From: an uncultured Pseudomonadales bacterium
Lineage (GTDB): Bacteria; Patescibacteriota; Microgenomatia; UBA1400; Chazhemtobacteraceae
Direction: 5' to 3'
Assembly (NCBI GenBank): GCA_964422035.1
Contig: CAYQZQ010000001.1
Span: forward strand, 587,786-651,785
Length of the DNA stretch: 64,000 nucleotides
Shown here in pieces: positions 1 through 8,958 of the stretch. Under the pieces are notes generated by a model. That model ran no database searches, was not told where the DNA came from, and saw only the letters and a program-made list of their open reading frames with translations. The position numbers and the translations under genes are program-made. Numbering within the stretch: the first letter of the stretch is position 1; each line of letters opens with the position of its first letter.

Positions 1-429
1 CGCCATCAGAAGGGTTTGTCGCGGAGTGAAGTTAGCAATAAAACGGCTGACAGGAACAGCAAAGATAAAGATAATAATTAGTAATACCGTTACAGTAAAA
101 AGCAGAGAGTTTAAAGTGGCGTTGGAAAAATTATTAGCTTCTTTTTGTCCCTTTTTTAAATAAGAGCTAAGGACAGGAATGAAGGCAGCTGACAACGCTC
201 CTACTACAATGAGTTGAAAAACTGAGTCGGGAACAACAAAAGCAGCAAAATAGACATCAAGGTGTGATTCCAGACCACCAAAAAAATGAGATGCCAAAAG
301 CCGATTTCTGATTAATCCCAATATGGCTGAGAGGAGGTATGAAAGACCGATTACAAAAGCACCCGAGAGAATGCTGTTGTGCTGGAGAGAAAATATATGT
401 TTAGAATTTTTTATGATTTTTTTGACCAC
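1..429 (-). CDS. murJ: Lipid II flippase MurJ/MviN, N-terminal part (runs off the window)
   Basis: Not in ORF track. Manual translation from GTG at 429: MVKKIIKNSKHIFSLQHNSILSGAFVIGLSYLLSAILGLIRNRLLASHFFGGLESHLDVYFAAFVVPDSVFQLIVVGALSAAFIPV, carrying the MurJ motifs LGLxR, DxYxAAFxxPD and GAxSAAFIPV. Confidence 0.9.
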   Translation of the reverse strand, partial: MVKKIIKNSKHIFSLQHNSILSGAFVIGLSYLLSAILGLIRNRLLASHFFGGLESHLDVYFAAFVVPDSVFQLIVVGALSAAFIPVLSSYLKKGQKEANNFSNATLNSLLFTVTVLLIIIFIFAVPVSRFIANFTPRQTLLMA

Positions 430-502
430 GGCAGCTTAAATTATATCTTTATTAGAAAGAATTTTAAAAGGAAAAGAAAAAAGGGGTTGAATTGACAAAG
501 GG

Positions 503-531
503 TTGCTTGAGCTCAAATCTTGGTATAAAAT
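503..531 (+). promoter_or_regulatory. Sigma70-type promoter of rpsT
   Basis: TTGCTT (503-508), 17-nt spacer, TAAAAT (526-531); ATG 8 nt downstream. Confidence 0.55.
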
Positions 532-539
532 AAACCGCT

Positions 540-791
540 ATGCCAGTATTACCACACGCAAAGAAAAAAATGCGCGTCGATGAGCGCAGGAAAAAAGTAA
601 ATAAAAAGATTCGAACAAAAGCTAAGAAGGCTATTTCTGCTTTCAGAGAAAGCCCTAGTGAAGATCTTTTAAGTAAAGCTTATTCAGCAATTGATAAAGC
701 AGCCAAAAAAAATGTCTATCATGAAGGAAAAGCTGATCGATTAAAATCTCGGCTAAACAAGCTTTTGGAAAAGAACAAGAAAAAAGACTAA
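540..791 (+). CDS. rpsT: 30S ribosomal protein S20
   Basis: 83 aa basic protein; AKKxMR N-terminus, AYSAIDKAAKKNVYH and KADRLKSRL motifs. Confidence 0.97.
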   Translation: MPVLPHAKKKMRVDERRKKVNKKIRTKAKKAISAFRESPSEDLLSKAYSAIDKAAKKNVYHEGKADRLKSRLNKLLEKNKKKD

Positions 792-800
792 AATAGAAGT

Positions 801-1358
801 GTGCCTGCCCCAAAGTCACTAAACCAGATTAACTTAGTTCCCAAAGATGAATTCGAAAAGGGTTTGTTAGGAAAGGGTGTTAAATGGGCCTTAACAGCCG
901 GTAAAACTATTGTTATCTTGACTGAATTTGTTGTTATTCTAGCTTTTTTGGTCCGATTTAAGCTGGACAGAGACTTAAATGATTTAAGTGAGCAAATTAC
1001 CCAAAAACAGTATGTTGTTGAGAATTTTTCTGACGTGGAAGAACAGATGAGAGATCTTCAGCTTCGGTTAGATCGAATTGAAGAAATTGAGCAGAAGACA
1101 ATTAATTTGTCGAGTGAGTGGGAATTATTGAAGGGTAAAATTCCAAAAAGTGTTACCTTACAGCAATTGCAGATTTCAAATGAGGAGCTAAATCTAGAAG
1201 CAGTAGCTGGATCAGAGTTAGGATTTTATAGTTTAGTAAATAATTTTAAGTCAGATGACAGATATAATGAGGTAAGTTTTTCAGAGGTTGAATTTAATCA
1301 AAGAAAAGGTGGGGTAATATTTTCATTAAAAGCTAGAAAGGAGGAGCTAGATGGCTGA
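801..1358 (+). CDS. pilN: PilN-like type IV pilus assembly protein
   Basis: N-terminal INLVP (INLLP-like PilM-binding motif), one TM helix, coiled coil, IPxxVxL, C-terminal FSLKA; followed by a PilO-like gene. Confidence 0.7.
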   Translation: MPAPKSLNQINLVPKDEFEKGLLGKGVKWALTAGKTIVILTEFVVILAFLVRFKLDRDLNDLSEQITQKQYVVENFSDVEEQMRDLQLRLDRIEEIEQKTINLSSEWELLKGKIPKSVTLQQLQISNEELNLEAVAGSELGFYSLVNNFKSDDRYNEVSFSEVEFNQRKGGVIFSLKARKEELDG

Positions 1359-2025
1359 TCAACCACAATGGAGACAATCAGCGCAAAATTACTTGCAACA
1401 AGCTCAAGAAATCTATAAAGCTCAAGAAGTGATGGTAAAAACATCCTTCAAGTTGGTCATGTCTATTTTTGCAGTAGCTTTCTTTACACTATTTGCACTG
1501 AAACCTACTTTGGGGTCAATTTCTACTTTAGTAAAAAGAATCGAGGATCAAAAAGAAGTAAGCAGAAAGCTTGATAGTAAAATTGTGCAGCTTTCTCAAG
1601 CAGAAGATGTCTTAACTTCTAGAGGCAATATGATTAGAAGCCTGGCAGAAAAAGCAATAACAGATGGCCCAAGTGTTGATAGATTGGCACAACAGATAGA
1701 AGCGATTGCTAATGATAGTGGGGTATATTTAACTTCAGCAAATATTGAGGAGGTGCCTATTTTTGGTGAAGAAGATAGTGATGAGATAATCAAAAGCTCA
1801 AAGTTTTCATATGATCCTAAGCATAAGTTTGTAACATTTAGCTTTACTGTTGGGGGTAATCAGGACGAGATTATTGAATTTTTCAAGCAGTTGGAGAATA
1901 TTGAAAGAGCAATTCTACTAGCAAGAGTAAATTTTGAAAAACCTCAAAAGAGATTGGCTGGACAGCTACCCTTATTAGTTAATGGTAAAGCCACTATTTA
2001 TTATTTGCCTGATGATAATGAATAA
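1351..2025 (+). CDS. pilO: PilO-like type IV pilus assembly protein
   Basis: TM helix, coiled coil, FTVGG..IIEFFKQLENIER ferredoxin-like core; overlaps pilN stop. Confidence 0.7.
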   Translation: MADQPQWRQSAQNYLQQAQEIYKAQEVMVKTSFKLVMSIFAVAFFTLFALKPTLGSISTLVKRIEDQKEVSRKLDSKIVQLSQAEDVLTSRGNMIRSLAEKAITDGPSVDRLAQQIEAIANDSGVYLTSANIEEVPIFGEEDSDEIIKSSKFSYDPKHKFVTFSFTVGGNQDEIIEFFKQLENIERAILLARVNFEKPQKRLAGQLPLLVNGKATIYYLPDDNE

Positions 2026-2389
2026 AGATAAGTTTTTTTCTTCTAACTCTTTGGTTATTGGAATATTTACTTTACTGGCGGTGGGAAGTTGGGTAACTTT
2101 CGATGTATACAGAGGATTAACAAAATCTACTGTACCGGATGTATTGCAAGAACAAATAAGGCCGCTTAAGACAGAATTAGATGAAGAAATTGTAAATAAT
2201 TTACGGAATAGAAGACAGTTTAGTGATCAGTTTCTATTAATGGTTGAGTCAAAGGCACTGGAAGAACAAGAGGAAGGAGAGGGGGCTGTAGAGCTGGAGT
2301 TGATTAGAGATGAAAATCAAGTAGAAGAAGGTGACCAATCAACTTCTAGTGGGGCTATTGAGTCTAGCCCGAGTGCAGAAGTTAATTAA
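2018..2389 (+). CDS. Single-TM hypothetical protein at the PilP position
   Basis: ORF 1982-2389; ATG at 2018 overlapping the pilO end is the more likely start; N-terminal TM and acidic tail. Confidence 0.6.
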   Translation: MNKDKFFSSNSLVIGIFTLLAVGSWVTFDVYRGLTKSTVPDVLQEQIRPLKTELDEEIVNNLRNRRQFSDQFLLMVESKALEEQEEGEGAVELELIRDENQVEEGDQSTSSGAIESSPSAEVN

Positions 2390-2409
2390 AGATGTTTAAA
2401 TATGTATAG

Positions 2410-3798
2410 ATGCCAGATATTAATTTAAAAAAGATACCAACAATATTAGGTTTACTGCTACTTTTAGTAGGAGTTGGAGCTGGAGTATATCTGGTGGCAA
2501 GTAATCAAAGTCTAGATCTTTTTAGCAAAGCTGGACCAACCGCAACACCCAGACAGGTCAAGGTTTCCAATATAGAAAGTGATGGGGCTACGATTTCTTG
2601 GGTGACAGACACCAGAGTTAAAGGATTTATCAAATATGGGACCAGTAAAAATAGTTTAGACAATACAGTAGCGGATGATAGAGATCAGACAAGTGGTGAA
2701 GGTTCGCAGTATACAACTCATTATGTAAGCTTGAATAATTTACAAGCTAGTCAAGAGTATTTTTATGCCATTGGCTCAGGATCACAGGTCTATCAAAATG
2801 ACGGCCAACCTTATCAGTTTAGGACTGCTCCAACTTCAGGTGGAAAACCGGCTGCAGATACGATAAATGGAAAGATTGTTGTAGCTGATGGAGAGTCGGC
2901 TCCAGGAACTATTGTGTATGTCCAGATTCAAGGGGGGGATTTAAGATCAGCGTTAAGTAAAGAAACTGGTACATGGACTTTACCTTTGGCAACAACGAGA
3001 ACAAAAGGTCTGTCTCAGTATTTAAGTTATGATCGCCAGAAAGAAAGATTAACGATAACTGCCCAAGGAGGAGAGCTGGGCACTGCCACGGCTCAAGTTT
3101 ATAGTGGCCAAGCTTCTCCCGTACCTGATATTAAACTGGGGGAGACTCACAACTTTTTAGATGAAGCTCCCCAGCAAGTAGCTGAACCAACTCCAACATC
3201 GGCTCCAGTCCAAGAAAGTGATGGGGAAGTGGCAACTGATTCAGCAGGTTTTAAAGATTTATCAGATGAAGAATTGAGTGGTTTAGAAGAAGTTGAGTTG
3301 GTTAATCCAGGTCAAGATGGAGAGAATGTAGCAACCAGTTCTCCAGCGCTCCAAGTGAAAGGGCCTGTTGGAAAAAAAATAACTATTACAGTAGAGTCAG
3401 AACCCCAAACTGCAGAAGGAGTGATTGGAGAAGACGGCAGTTATGTTTGGACTCCTCCTGAAAACTTGGAGCCAGGAGAACATACAGTAACTATTGAGTA
3501 TGAAGATGATAATGGTATTTTGCAGACGATTAAAAGAAGTTTTACGGTCTTGGCAGCAGGAGACTCGGATGATTTACCATCAATTACAGCTACAGATTCG
3601 GCAACTCCAACCTTAACACCCACACCAACACCGATAGCAACTGAATCGGGCAGGACAACAATGCCGTCTACGGAAAGTGGTGTGCCAGATCCAGGAACAA
3701 TGACCCCAACATTGTTAGTACTTTTAAGTGGAGTCTTCTTATTTGCGACAGGGATTATCTGGCAAATTAGACTTTTAAAAGTTAAAAATATACAGTAA
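2410..3798 (+). CDS. Surface protein with fibronectin type III and Ig-like domains, C-terminal VPDPG plus TM anchor
   Basis: N-terminal TM; FN3 motifs (VKVSNI..ATISWVT, YGT, HYVSLNNL..YFY); Ig-like WTPPENLEPGEHTVTI; Thr/Pro linker; hydrophobic then basic C-terminus. Confidence 0.75.
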   Translation: MPDINLKKIPTILGLLLLLVGVGAGVYLVASNQSLDLFSKAGPTATPRQVKVSNIESDGATISWVTDTRVKGFIKYGTSKNSLDNTVADDRDQTSGEGSQYTTHYVSLNNLQASQEYFYAIGSGSQVYQNDGQPYQFRTAPTSGGKPAADTINGKIVVADGESAPGTIVYVQIQGGDLRSALSKETGTWTLPLATTRTKGLSQYLSYDRQKERLTITAQGGELGTATAQVYSGQASPVPDIKLGETHNFLDEAPQQVAEPTPTSAPVQESDGEVATDSAGFKDLSDEELSGLEEVELVNPGQDGENVATSSPALQVKGPVGKKITITVESEPQTAEGVIGEDGSYVWTPPENLEPGEHTVTIEYEDDNGILQTIKRSFTVLAAGDSDDLPSITATDSATPTLTPTPTPIATESGRTTMPSTESGVPDPGTMTPTLLVLLSGVFLFATGIIWQIRLLKVKNIQ

Positions 3799-3807
3799 AG
3801 TAAAGAT

Positions 3808-5250
3808 ATGAACTCGCCTGCTCAGCCAAACGATCCACAGGATAATAAGCCACAAGATCAAATAAGTGATGGTGATGGTCAAGTAGATAAAAAGCAAAGT
3901 CCCCAAGGAGACATGGAGGAGAAAATTAGACACGGAGACTTGCCCTATCAAGAAAGTGAGCAACAGGAGAAGGTGCAAGAGACAAGCGAGAAAACACAAG
4001 ACAGTCAAGTTGGTGATTACGGGTTTTTAAACGAAGCTGGGGAGAAAGAGACTCAAGAGGTGAAAGGGACTCAGGAAGAAAGTGATACTCCTCAACAGGA
4101 GAACAAGAAGCATGTGGCGATAGAAAAGCAACAACCAATCGAAAAGGAGAGTTCAGAACTTAAAACTACAGAGCCTGTTGAAAATAATGCTAAAAAACAA
4201 GAAGGAAGCAATTTGCAACAAGCGGGGTTGCCGGATTTATCTGGAAATAATATGGAAGGTTCACCTCCTCCAGGACAGATGCCTCCTCCCCCTGCAGACA
4301 ATCAAGAGCCGGAAGTAAATGATCAAGAAGAAAAAAATGAAAAGGTGGTAAAGAAGAGTGGAAAGAAAATAAGTCCGAAAGTAATTGCGGGCGTATTGGG
4401 TTTATTATTGTTGGTTGGTGGTGGTGTGGTAGCGGTTACACAGTTTACAGATTTTAGTGGTGATATAAGGCAGAGAGCTAATGAATCTCTCCATTCTTGT
4501 GTAAATAATGGTGGTCAGTGTGCCCGAAACTCTACGTGTTGTTCTGGAAACTGTGATCTGAGTGGTGGAATGCCGGGAGTTTGTAGGGCAGCAACACCTC
4601 CCCCAAACCCTTGCAATCCTACACGAGATGCTTATTGTTATAACAGCACTGGAGGAGAATGTCAGCCGGATGGAGATGGAGGATGGTATTGTACAAATCC
4701 TGGCACACCTACTCCTGCCCTAAGTCCTGGCCCAGTTTGTGGAAACGGAGATTGCGAACAAGGAGAAACAGTGAATAATTGTCCTCAAGACTGTATATCA
4801 TGTGAGAGAGATATTGGCGGAGTTTGCATGATGGTGGACGCATGTCCCTATGAATGCTGGAACGATACGGCTTCTGATTGTTCTGCCCCAGATAAAACAT
4901 GTTGTACTTGCTCAGGAGTTCCAACTTCAACCAGTGCCCCTTCTCCAACCAGTGCCCCTTCTCCTAAAGTAGGAGGAGCTTGCATGACTACTAAGATATA
5001 TACAGAGGGCCCAAGTGGGTGGGTGGAAACAAGTCCAAGTGATCTGCCAGACAGAGTGAATATTGGTGATAGGATTAGATTGGCGGTTAAGGGTGATAGT
5101 GCGGGTGTAGTTGAGGGTCGATTTAAAGTCAATAATAGTAGTTGGATTTCAACTACAACTACAAATGAAAAAGGTGAATATTTCATTGAATATACTTTGA
5201 ATGAGGGTGGTCAATATACAATTGCAGGAGAAGTTTTATATGGAAAATAA
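3808..5250 (+). CDS. Membrane-anchored Cys-rich surface protein
   Basis: About 190 aa acidic disordered N-terminus, TM helix, 23 Cys in the distal part, C-terminal beta-rich domain. Confidence 0.75.
   Translation: MNSPAQPNDPQDNKPQDQISDGDGQVDKKQSPQGDMEEKIRHGDLPYQESEQQEKVQETSEKTQDSQVGDYGFLNEAGEKETQEVKGTQEESDTPQQENKKHVAIEKQQPIEKESSELKTTEPVENNAKKQEGSNLQQAGLPDLSGNNMEGSPPPGQMPPPPADNQEPEVNDQEEKNEKVVKKSGKKISPKVIAGVLGLLLLVGGGVVAVTQFTDFSGDIRQRANESLHSCVNNGGQCARNSTCCSGNCDLSGGMPGVCRAATPPPNPCNPTRDAYCYNSTGGECQPDGDGGWYCTNPGTPTPALSPGPVCGNGDCEQGETVNNCPQDCISCERDIGGVCMMVDACPYECWNDTASDCSAPDKTCCTCSGVPTSTSAPSPTSAPSPKVGGACMTTKIYTEGPSGWVETSPSDLPDRVNIGDRIRLAVKGDSAGVVEGRFKVNNSSWISTTTTNEKGEYFIEYTLNEGGQYTIAGEVLYGK
4928..4963 (+). 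repeat. 18-bp tandem repeat x2 encoding TSAPSP
   Basis: caaccagtgccccttctc at 4928-4945 and 4946-4963. Confidence 0.8.
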
Positions 5251-5752
5251 AAAGAAAATTTTAACTGCTGTTTTAATAGTTTTGCTTTTGGCAGCTATTG
5301 GGGTTTTTGTGATAGTTATCGTTCCGAGATTAACAACGGTTGATGAGGGAGTTGCTCCTACAGCTCCAGAAAGCATGCCAGCAGCGGCAGAGTGGAAAGG
5401 TGGTCAGTCATGTCAGCTGGCTTTTACATTACCTACTGAAGCCCCTACCCCTACTCCAACTGACACCCCTACCCCAACTGACACCCCTACTCCTACTCCC
5501 ACCGATACTCCAACCCCTACTCCAACTGACACCCCTACTCCCACCGATACTCCAACTGAGATAATAACCTCAACACCAACAGAAACAGTGAACCCAACTA
5601 CAACTAAGATTGCAGAAGCGACCCCAGCTGAGACAACCACAACCACCCCAACAGCTACAGAATTACCTGAGGCGGGAATTGGATTACCAACACTGGGTGC
5701 ACTTGGGGGCGGAGTAGTGATGATTCTTTTGGGGATTTTGTTGATTCTCTAA
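5240..5752 (+). CDS. PT-repeat surface protein with LPEAG plus TM C-terminal signal
   Basis: ORF 5201-5752; likely start ATG 5240 overlapping the upstream stop; N-terminal TM, TPTPTD repeats, ELPEAG then hydrophobic tail. Confidence 0.75.
   Translation: MENKKKILTAVLIVLLLAAIGVFVIVIVPRLTTVDEGVAPTAPESMPAAAEWKGGQSCQLAFTLPTEAPTPTPTDTPTPTDTPTPTPTDTPTPTPTDTPTPTDTPTEIITSTPTETVNPTTTKIAEATPAETTTTTPTATELPEAGIGLPTLGALGGGVVMILLGILLIL
5441..5560 (+). repeat. Imperfect coding tandem repeat of (TP)nTD units
   Basis: Recurrent ccaactgacacccctac and cccaccgatactccaac units. Confidence 0.85.
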
Positions 5753-5771
5753 GCTTTGTACAATAGGGTCT

Positions 5772-7037
5772 ATGAAAGTTGCAATTATTGGTGGAGGTTT
5801 TACTGGTTTGGCAGCGGCGATGTATTTGATAGATAGAGGTGTTGAAGTTGAGGTGTGGGAAGCAAATGATCGATTGGGTGGGCTAGCAAAGAGTTTTGAA
5901 GTTGAAGAATGGGATTGGAATTTGGAAAAATATTATCATCATGTTTTTGCAAATGATAGAAAAATAATTGATTTATCCCACAAGGTTGGCTGGCCAGTTT
6001 TTTTTAACAGGCCAGTAACTAATGTGTGGGCAGATGGAAAAGAAGAACAACTGGACTCGCCTATTTCACTTTTAAGCTATTCAGGGTTGAGCTGGTGGCA
6101 ACGAATACGCATGGGCGCAGGGCTGGCAAGTTTAAAGGTTATTTTTTGTAAAGAGTTAGGTCAAAAGCTTGATCAATACAAAACTAGCCAGATTTTGCCT
6201 AAGTTAATCGGCAAGAAAGCATGTCAGAAAGTGTGGGAACCTTTACTGATAGCTAAGTTTGGCAAATATGCAGATGAGGTTAATATGGCTTGGTTTTGGG
6301 CCCGAGTGGTTAAAAGAACAAGCAAGCTGGGGTATTTTGAGGGAGGATTTGGCAAATTAGCTGAAAAGATTGGTGATTATATAGAAAGCAAAGGTGGAGC
6401 AATAAGATTAAACAAGAAAGTTGAAAAGGTTGAGAGAGAGGGTAAAAAATTTGTGGTTAATGATGAAGAGTTTGACAAGGTATTGTTAACTGTTCCCTCT
6501 GGATTGGTAAATAATATTGTGGGAGAAAAAGTAATTGATTTGCCAGAAATAAACTATTTATGGGGGCAGACTCTTGTCTTGGAGATGAAGAAAAGCTTTA
6601 TTGAAAGTTATTGGTTAAATATCTTAGAAAGGAACTGGCCATTTTTGGTAGCGGTGGAACACACAAAGTTTATTGATAAAGAAAAGTACGGAGACAGTCA
6701 TGTTTTGTATTTGGGGAATTATCTTGAAGAGGATAACGAAAAACTTGATATGGAGAAGGGGGAGTTGTTGGAGTTGTTTTGGCCGTATTTGAAAAAGATT
6801 AACCCTAGTTTTGAAAAGAACTGGATAAAAAGAAGTTGGAAGTTTCAAAGTCCATACGCTCAACCAGTTTTTCCGGTCAATTATTCAGAAGAGATTCTGG
6901 ACATTAAAACTAAAATGGATGGTGTTTATATGGCAAGCATGAGCCAGGTATACCCTTGGGACAGAGGAACAAATTTTGCAGTAGACATTGGAGAAAGAGC
7001 AGCTGAGTTAATTTTGGAAGATCAAGATGATTCATGA
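5772..7037 (+). CDS. FAD-dependent oxidoreductase (amine oxidase / protoporphyrinogen oxidase-like family)
   Basis: GGGFTGLAAA Rossmann motif, LGGLA, YYHH, YPWDRGTN. Confidence 0.85.
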   Translation: MKVAIIGGGFTGLAAAMYLIDRGVEVEVWEANDRLGGLAKSFEVEEWDWNLEKYYHHVFANDRKIIDLSHKVGWPVFFNRPVTNVWADGKEEQLDSPISLLSYSGLSWWQRIRMGAGLASLKVIFCKELGQKLDQYKTSQILPKLIGKKACQKVWEPLLIAKFGKYADEVNMAWFWARVVKRTSKLGYFEGGFGKLAEKIGDYIESKGGAIRLNKKVEKVEREGKKFVVNDEEFDKVLLTVPSGLVNNIVGEKVIDLPEINYLWGQTLVLEMKKSFIESYWLNILERNWPFLVAVEHTKFIDKEKYGDSHVLYLGNYLEEDNEKLDMEKGELLELFWPYLKKINPSFEKNWIKRSWKFQSPYAQPVFPVNYSEEILDIKTKMDGVYMASMSQVYPWDRGTNFAVDIGERAAELILEDQDDS

Positions 7038-8958
7038 TTTAAATTGGTGGATAAATATTAGCTTAAGCCTGTTGGTGGTTCAAATAGTGATAGGTTCGTG
7101 GTGGTTAATTGGACCAGGAAAAAAATTGGTTGATGGTGGATGGGCATGGGGAAGATTGTCTGGATGGTTGTTTGTGTCCTTATTGATTTGGTGGGCTAGT
7201 CATTTGATGGCCACAAATTCATTATGGGTGGTTAGAGGGGTGATGAGTGGTTTGTTGAGTGTATTGAGCGCGATTGTTATTAAAAAAAGAAAAGAGTGGA
7301 GAGAGCAGTTTAAGAAAAAATGGAGGTTTATTTTAACGGAAGAGGTTTTGTTTTTTATTGGTTTGTTAGGAATGGGGATCGTGAGAGGATTTAAGCCAGA
7401 AATTTTAGGTCTTGAGAAATTTATGGATGCAGGATTTATTAATAGTTATTTAGAGTCGACAAGCTTGCCGGTAGAAGATATGTGGTTTGCGGGAGGGACG
7501 ATCAACTACTATAGCTTTGGTCATTTTATGGGGTCAACGATGCTTAAGTGGTGGGGTGTGGGAATTGGAGTTGGGTATAATTTGCTTTTAGCATTGTTGG
7601 CAGGGTTGATTTTCTCGGGCAGTTTTTCTGTAAGTGCTAATTTGATTAGCTTAAAGGATCAGGTTATTGAAAAGAAAGTCTTGATTGGTGGTTTTGTTTC
7701 GTCTTTGTTGGTTGTACTGGGCGGTAATAGTCATACTCTTTGGTACGGATTAAGTAACAGAGGGTGGAAAGGGTACTGGTATGCAGATGCTACTCGATTT
7801 ATTGAAAATTCTATTCATGAATTTGCAAGTTATAGCTTGGTAGTAAGTGATTTGCATGCACATTTATGGGCTTTGCCGATTGTATTGTTTTTACTCTTTT
7901 TGATGATAGGTTGGTACAAGTCGGGCAATAAGATTATTTGGGAGATAGGTTGGGGAATATTGGTGGGGGTTTTGGTGATGACAAATACTTGGGATGTAAT
8001 GGTGTATGGACTTCTTTTGTTAATATGGACGGGTTGGTTGATGATGAAGGATGAAATTGAAAGCAAGGTGGTGATAAGGGCTGGATTGGTTACTTTAGGG
8101 ATGGCAGGACTGGTTTCTATGGGGTGGTGGTTGAACTTTTCATCTATCGGCCAAGGTATAGAAGTGGTAGAAAATGGTTCGTTGTTGTGGCAAATGGCAG
8201 TGTTGTGGGGAGGGCATGGGGTTTTGACGATAATTGCAATTAGAAAGGGTTGGTTAAAAAACAATCTTTTAATAGCAAGCATGGGGATGGGAGCTTTGGT
8301 GTTAATTTTGATTCCGGAGTTGGTTTATTTGAAAGACATCTACCCTACTCACCCTAGGGCAAATACGATGTTTAAGCTGACCTATCAGGCAATGTTATGG
8401 ATGAGTTTATTGGGCGGATATGTTTTAGCTGCAGGAGAAAAAATTGAGAAGGCGGTGACGATTGTTTTAAGTATTTGCTTTTTAAGTTTTGCTTGGTTTG
8501 CGTACAGAGATTTTTATTATTTTAAAAGTTATCAGGGAATTGATGGTGAAGGGTGGATAAAACAAGAATATACAGATGACTGGAAGGGAATTGAATGGCT
8601 GAGGAAAAACATTAAAAGACGACCTGTTGTTTTAGAAGCGGTGGGAGAAAGTTATACAAAATATGCGCGAGTGTCAGTTTTTTCAGGAAAGCCTACTGTA
8701 TTGGGGTGGAGGGTGCATGAATGGTTATGGAGAGGAGGGTTTGAGAAAGTGGCAGAAAGGACTGAGGAGGTAAGAGTGATATATGAGAATACAAACAGTC
8801 AAGAAGCTGAGAATATCTTAGAGAAACACCAGGTGGAATACATATTTTGGGGGGAGAAAGAAAACGAAAAATATGATGTTGATGAAAAAGCAATAAGAGA
8901 CTTGGGAGAAGTGGTTTTTAAAAGCGGGAAAACTGAAGTGATAGAAATTACTGATTAA
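7027..8958 (+). CDS. DUF2298 (Chlor_Arch_YYY) polytopic membrane protein, possible GT-C
   Basis: EKFMD, DMWFAG..INYYSFG, DLHAH, NTWD, RANTMFK, PTVLGWxxHExLWR motifs. Confidence 0.8.
   Translation: MIHDLNWWINISLSLLVVQIVIGSWWLIGPGKKLVDGGWAWGRLSGWLFVSLLIWWASHLMATNSLWVVRGVMSGLLSVLSAIVIKKRKEWREQFKKKWRFILTEEVLFFIGLLGMGIVRGFKPEILGLEKFMDAGFINSYLESTSLPVEDMWFAGGTINYYSFGHFMGSTMLKWWGVGIGVGYNLLLALLAGLIFSGSFSVSANLISLKDQVIEKKVLIGGFVSSLLVVLGGNSHTLWYGLSNRGWKGYWYADATRFIENSIHEFASYSLVVSDLHAHLWALPIVLFLLFLMIGWYKSGNKIIWEIGWGILVGVLVMTNTWDVMVYGLLLLIWTGWLMMKDEIESKVVIRAGLVTLGMAGLVSMGWWLNFSSIGQGIEVVENGSLLWQMAVLWGGHGVLTIIAIRKGWLKNNLLIASMGMGALVLILIPELVYLKDIYPTHPRANTMFKLTYQAMLWMSLLGGYVLAAGEKIEKAVTIVLSICFLSFAWFAYRDFYYFKSYQGIDGEGWIKQEYTDDWKGIEWLRKNIKRRPVVLEAVGESYTKYARVSVFSGKPTVLGWRVHEWLWRGGFEKVAERTEEVRVIYENTNSQEAENILEKHQVEYIFWGEKENEKYDVDEKAIRDLGEVVFKSGKTEVIEITD

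Noticed and set aside
5441-5560. Short repeats resembling a CRISPR array
   Set aside because: In-frame coding Pro/Thr repeats with no unique spacers and no cas genes
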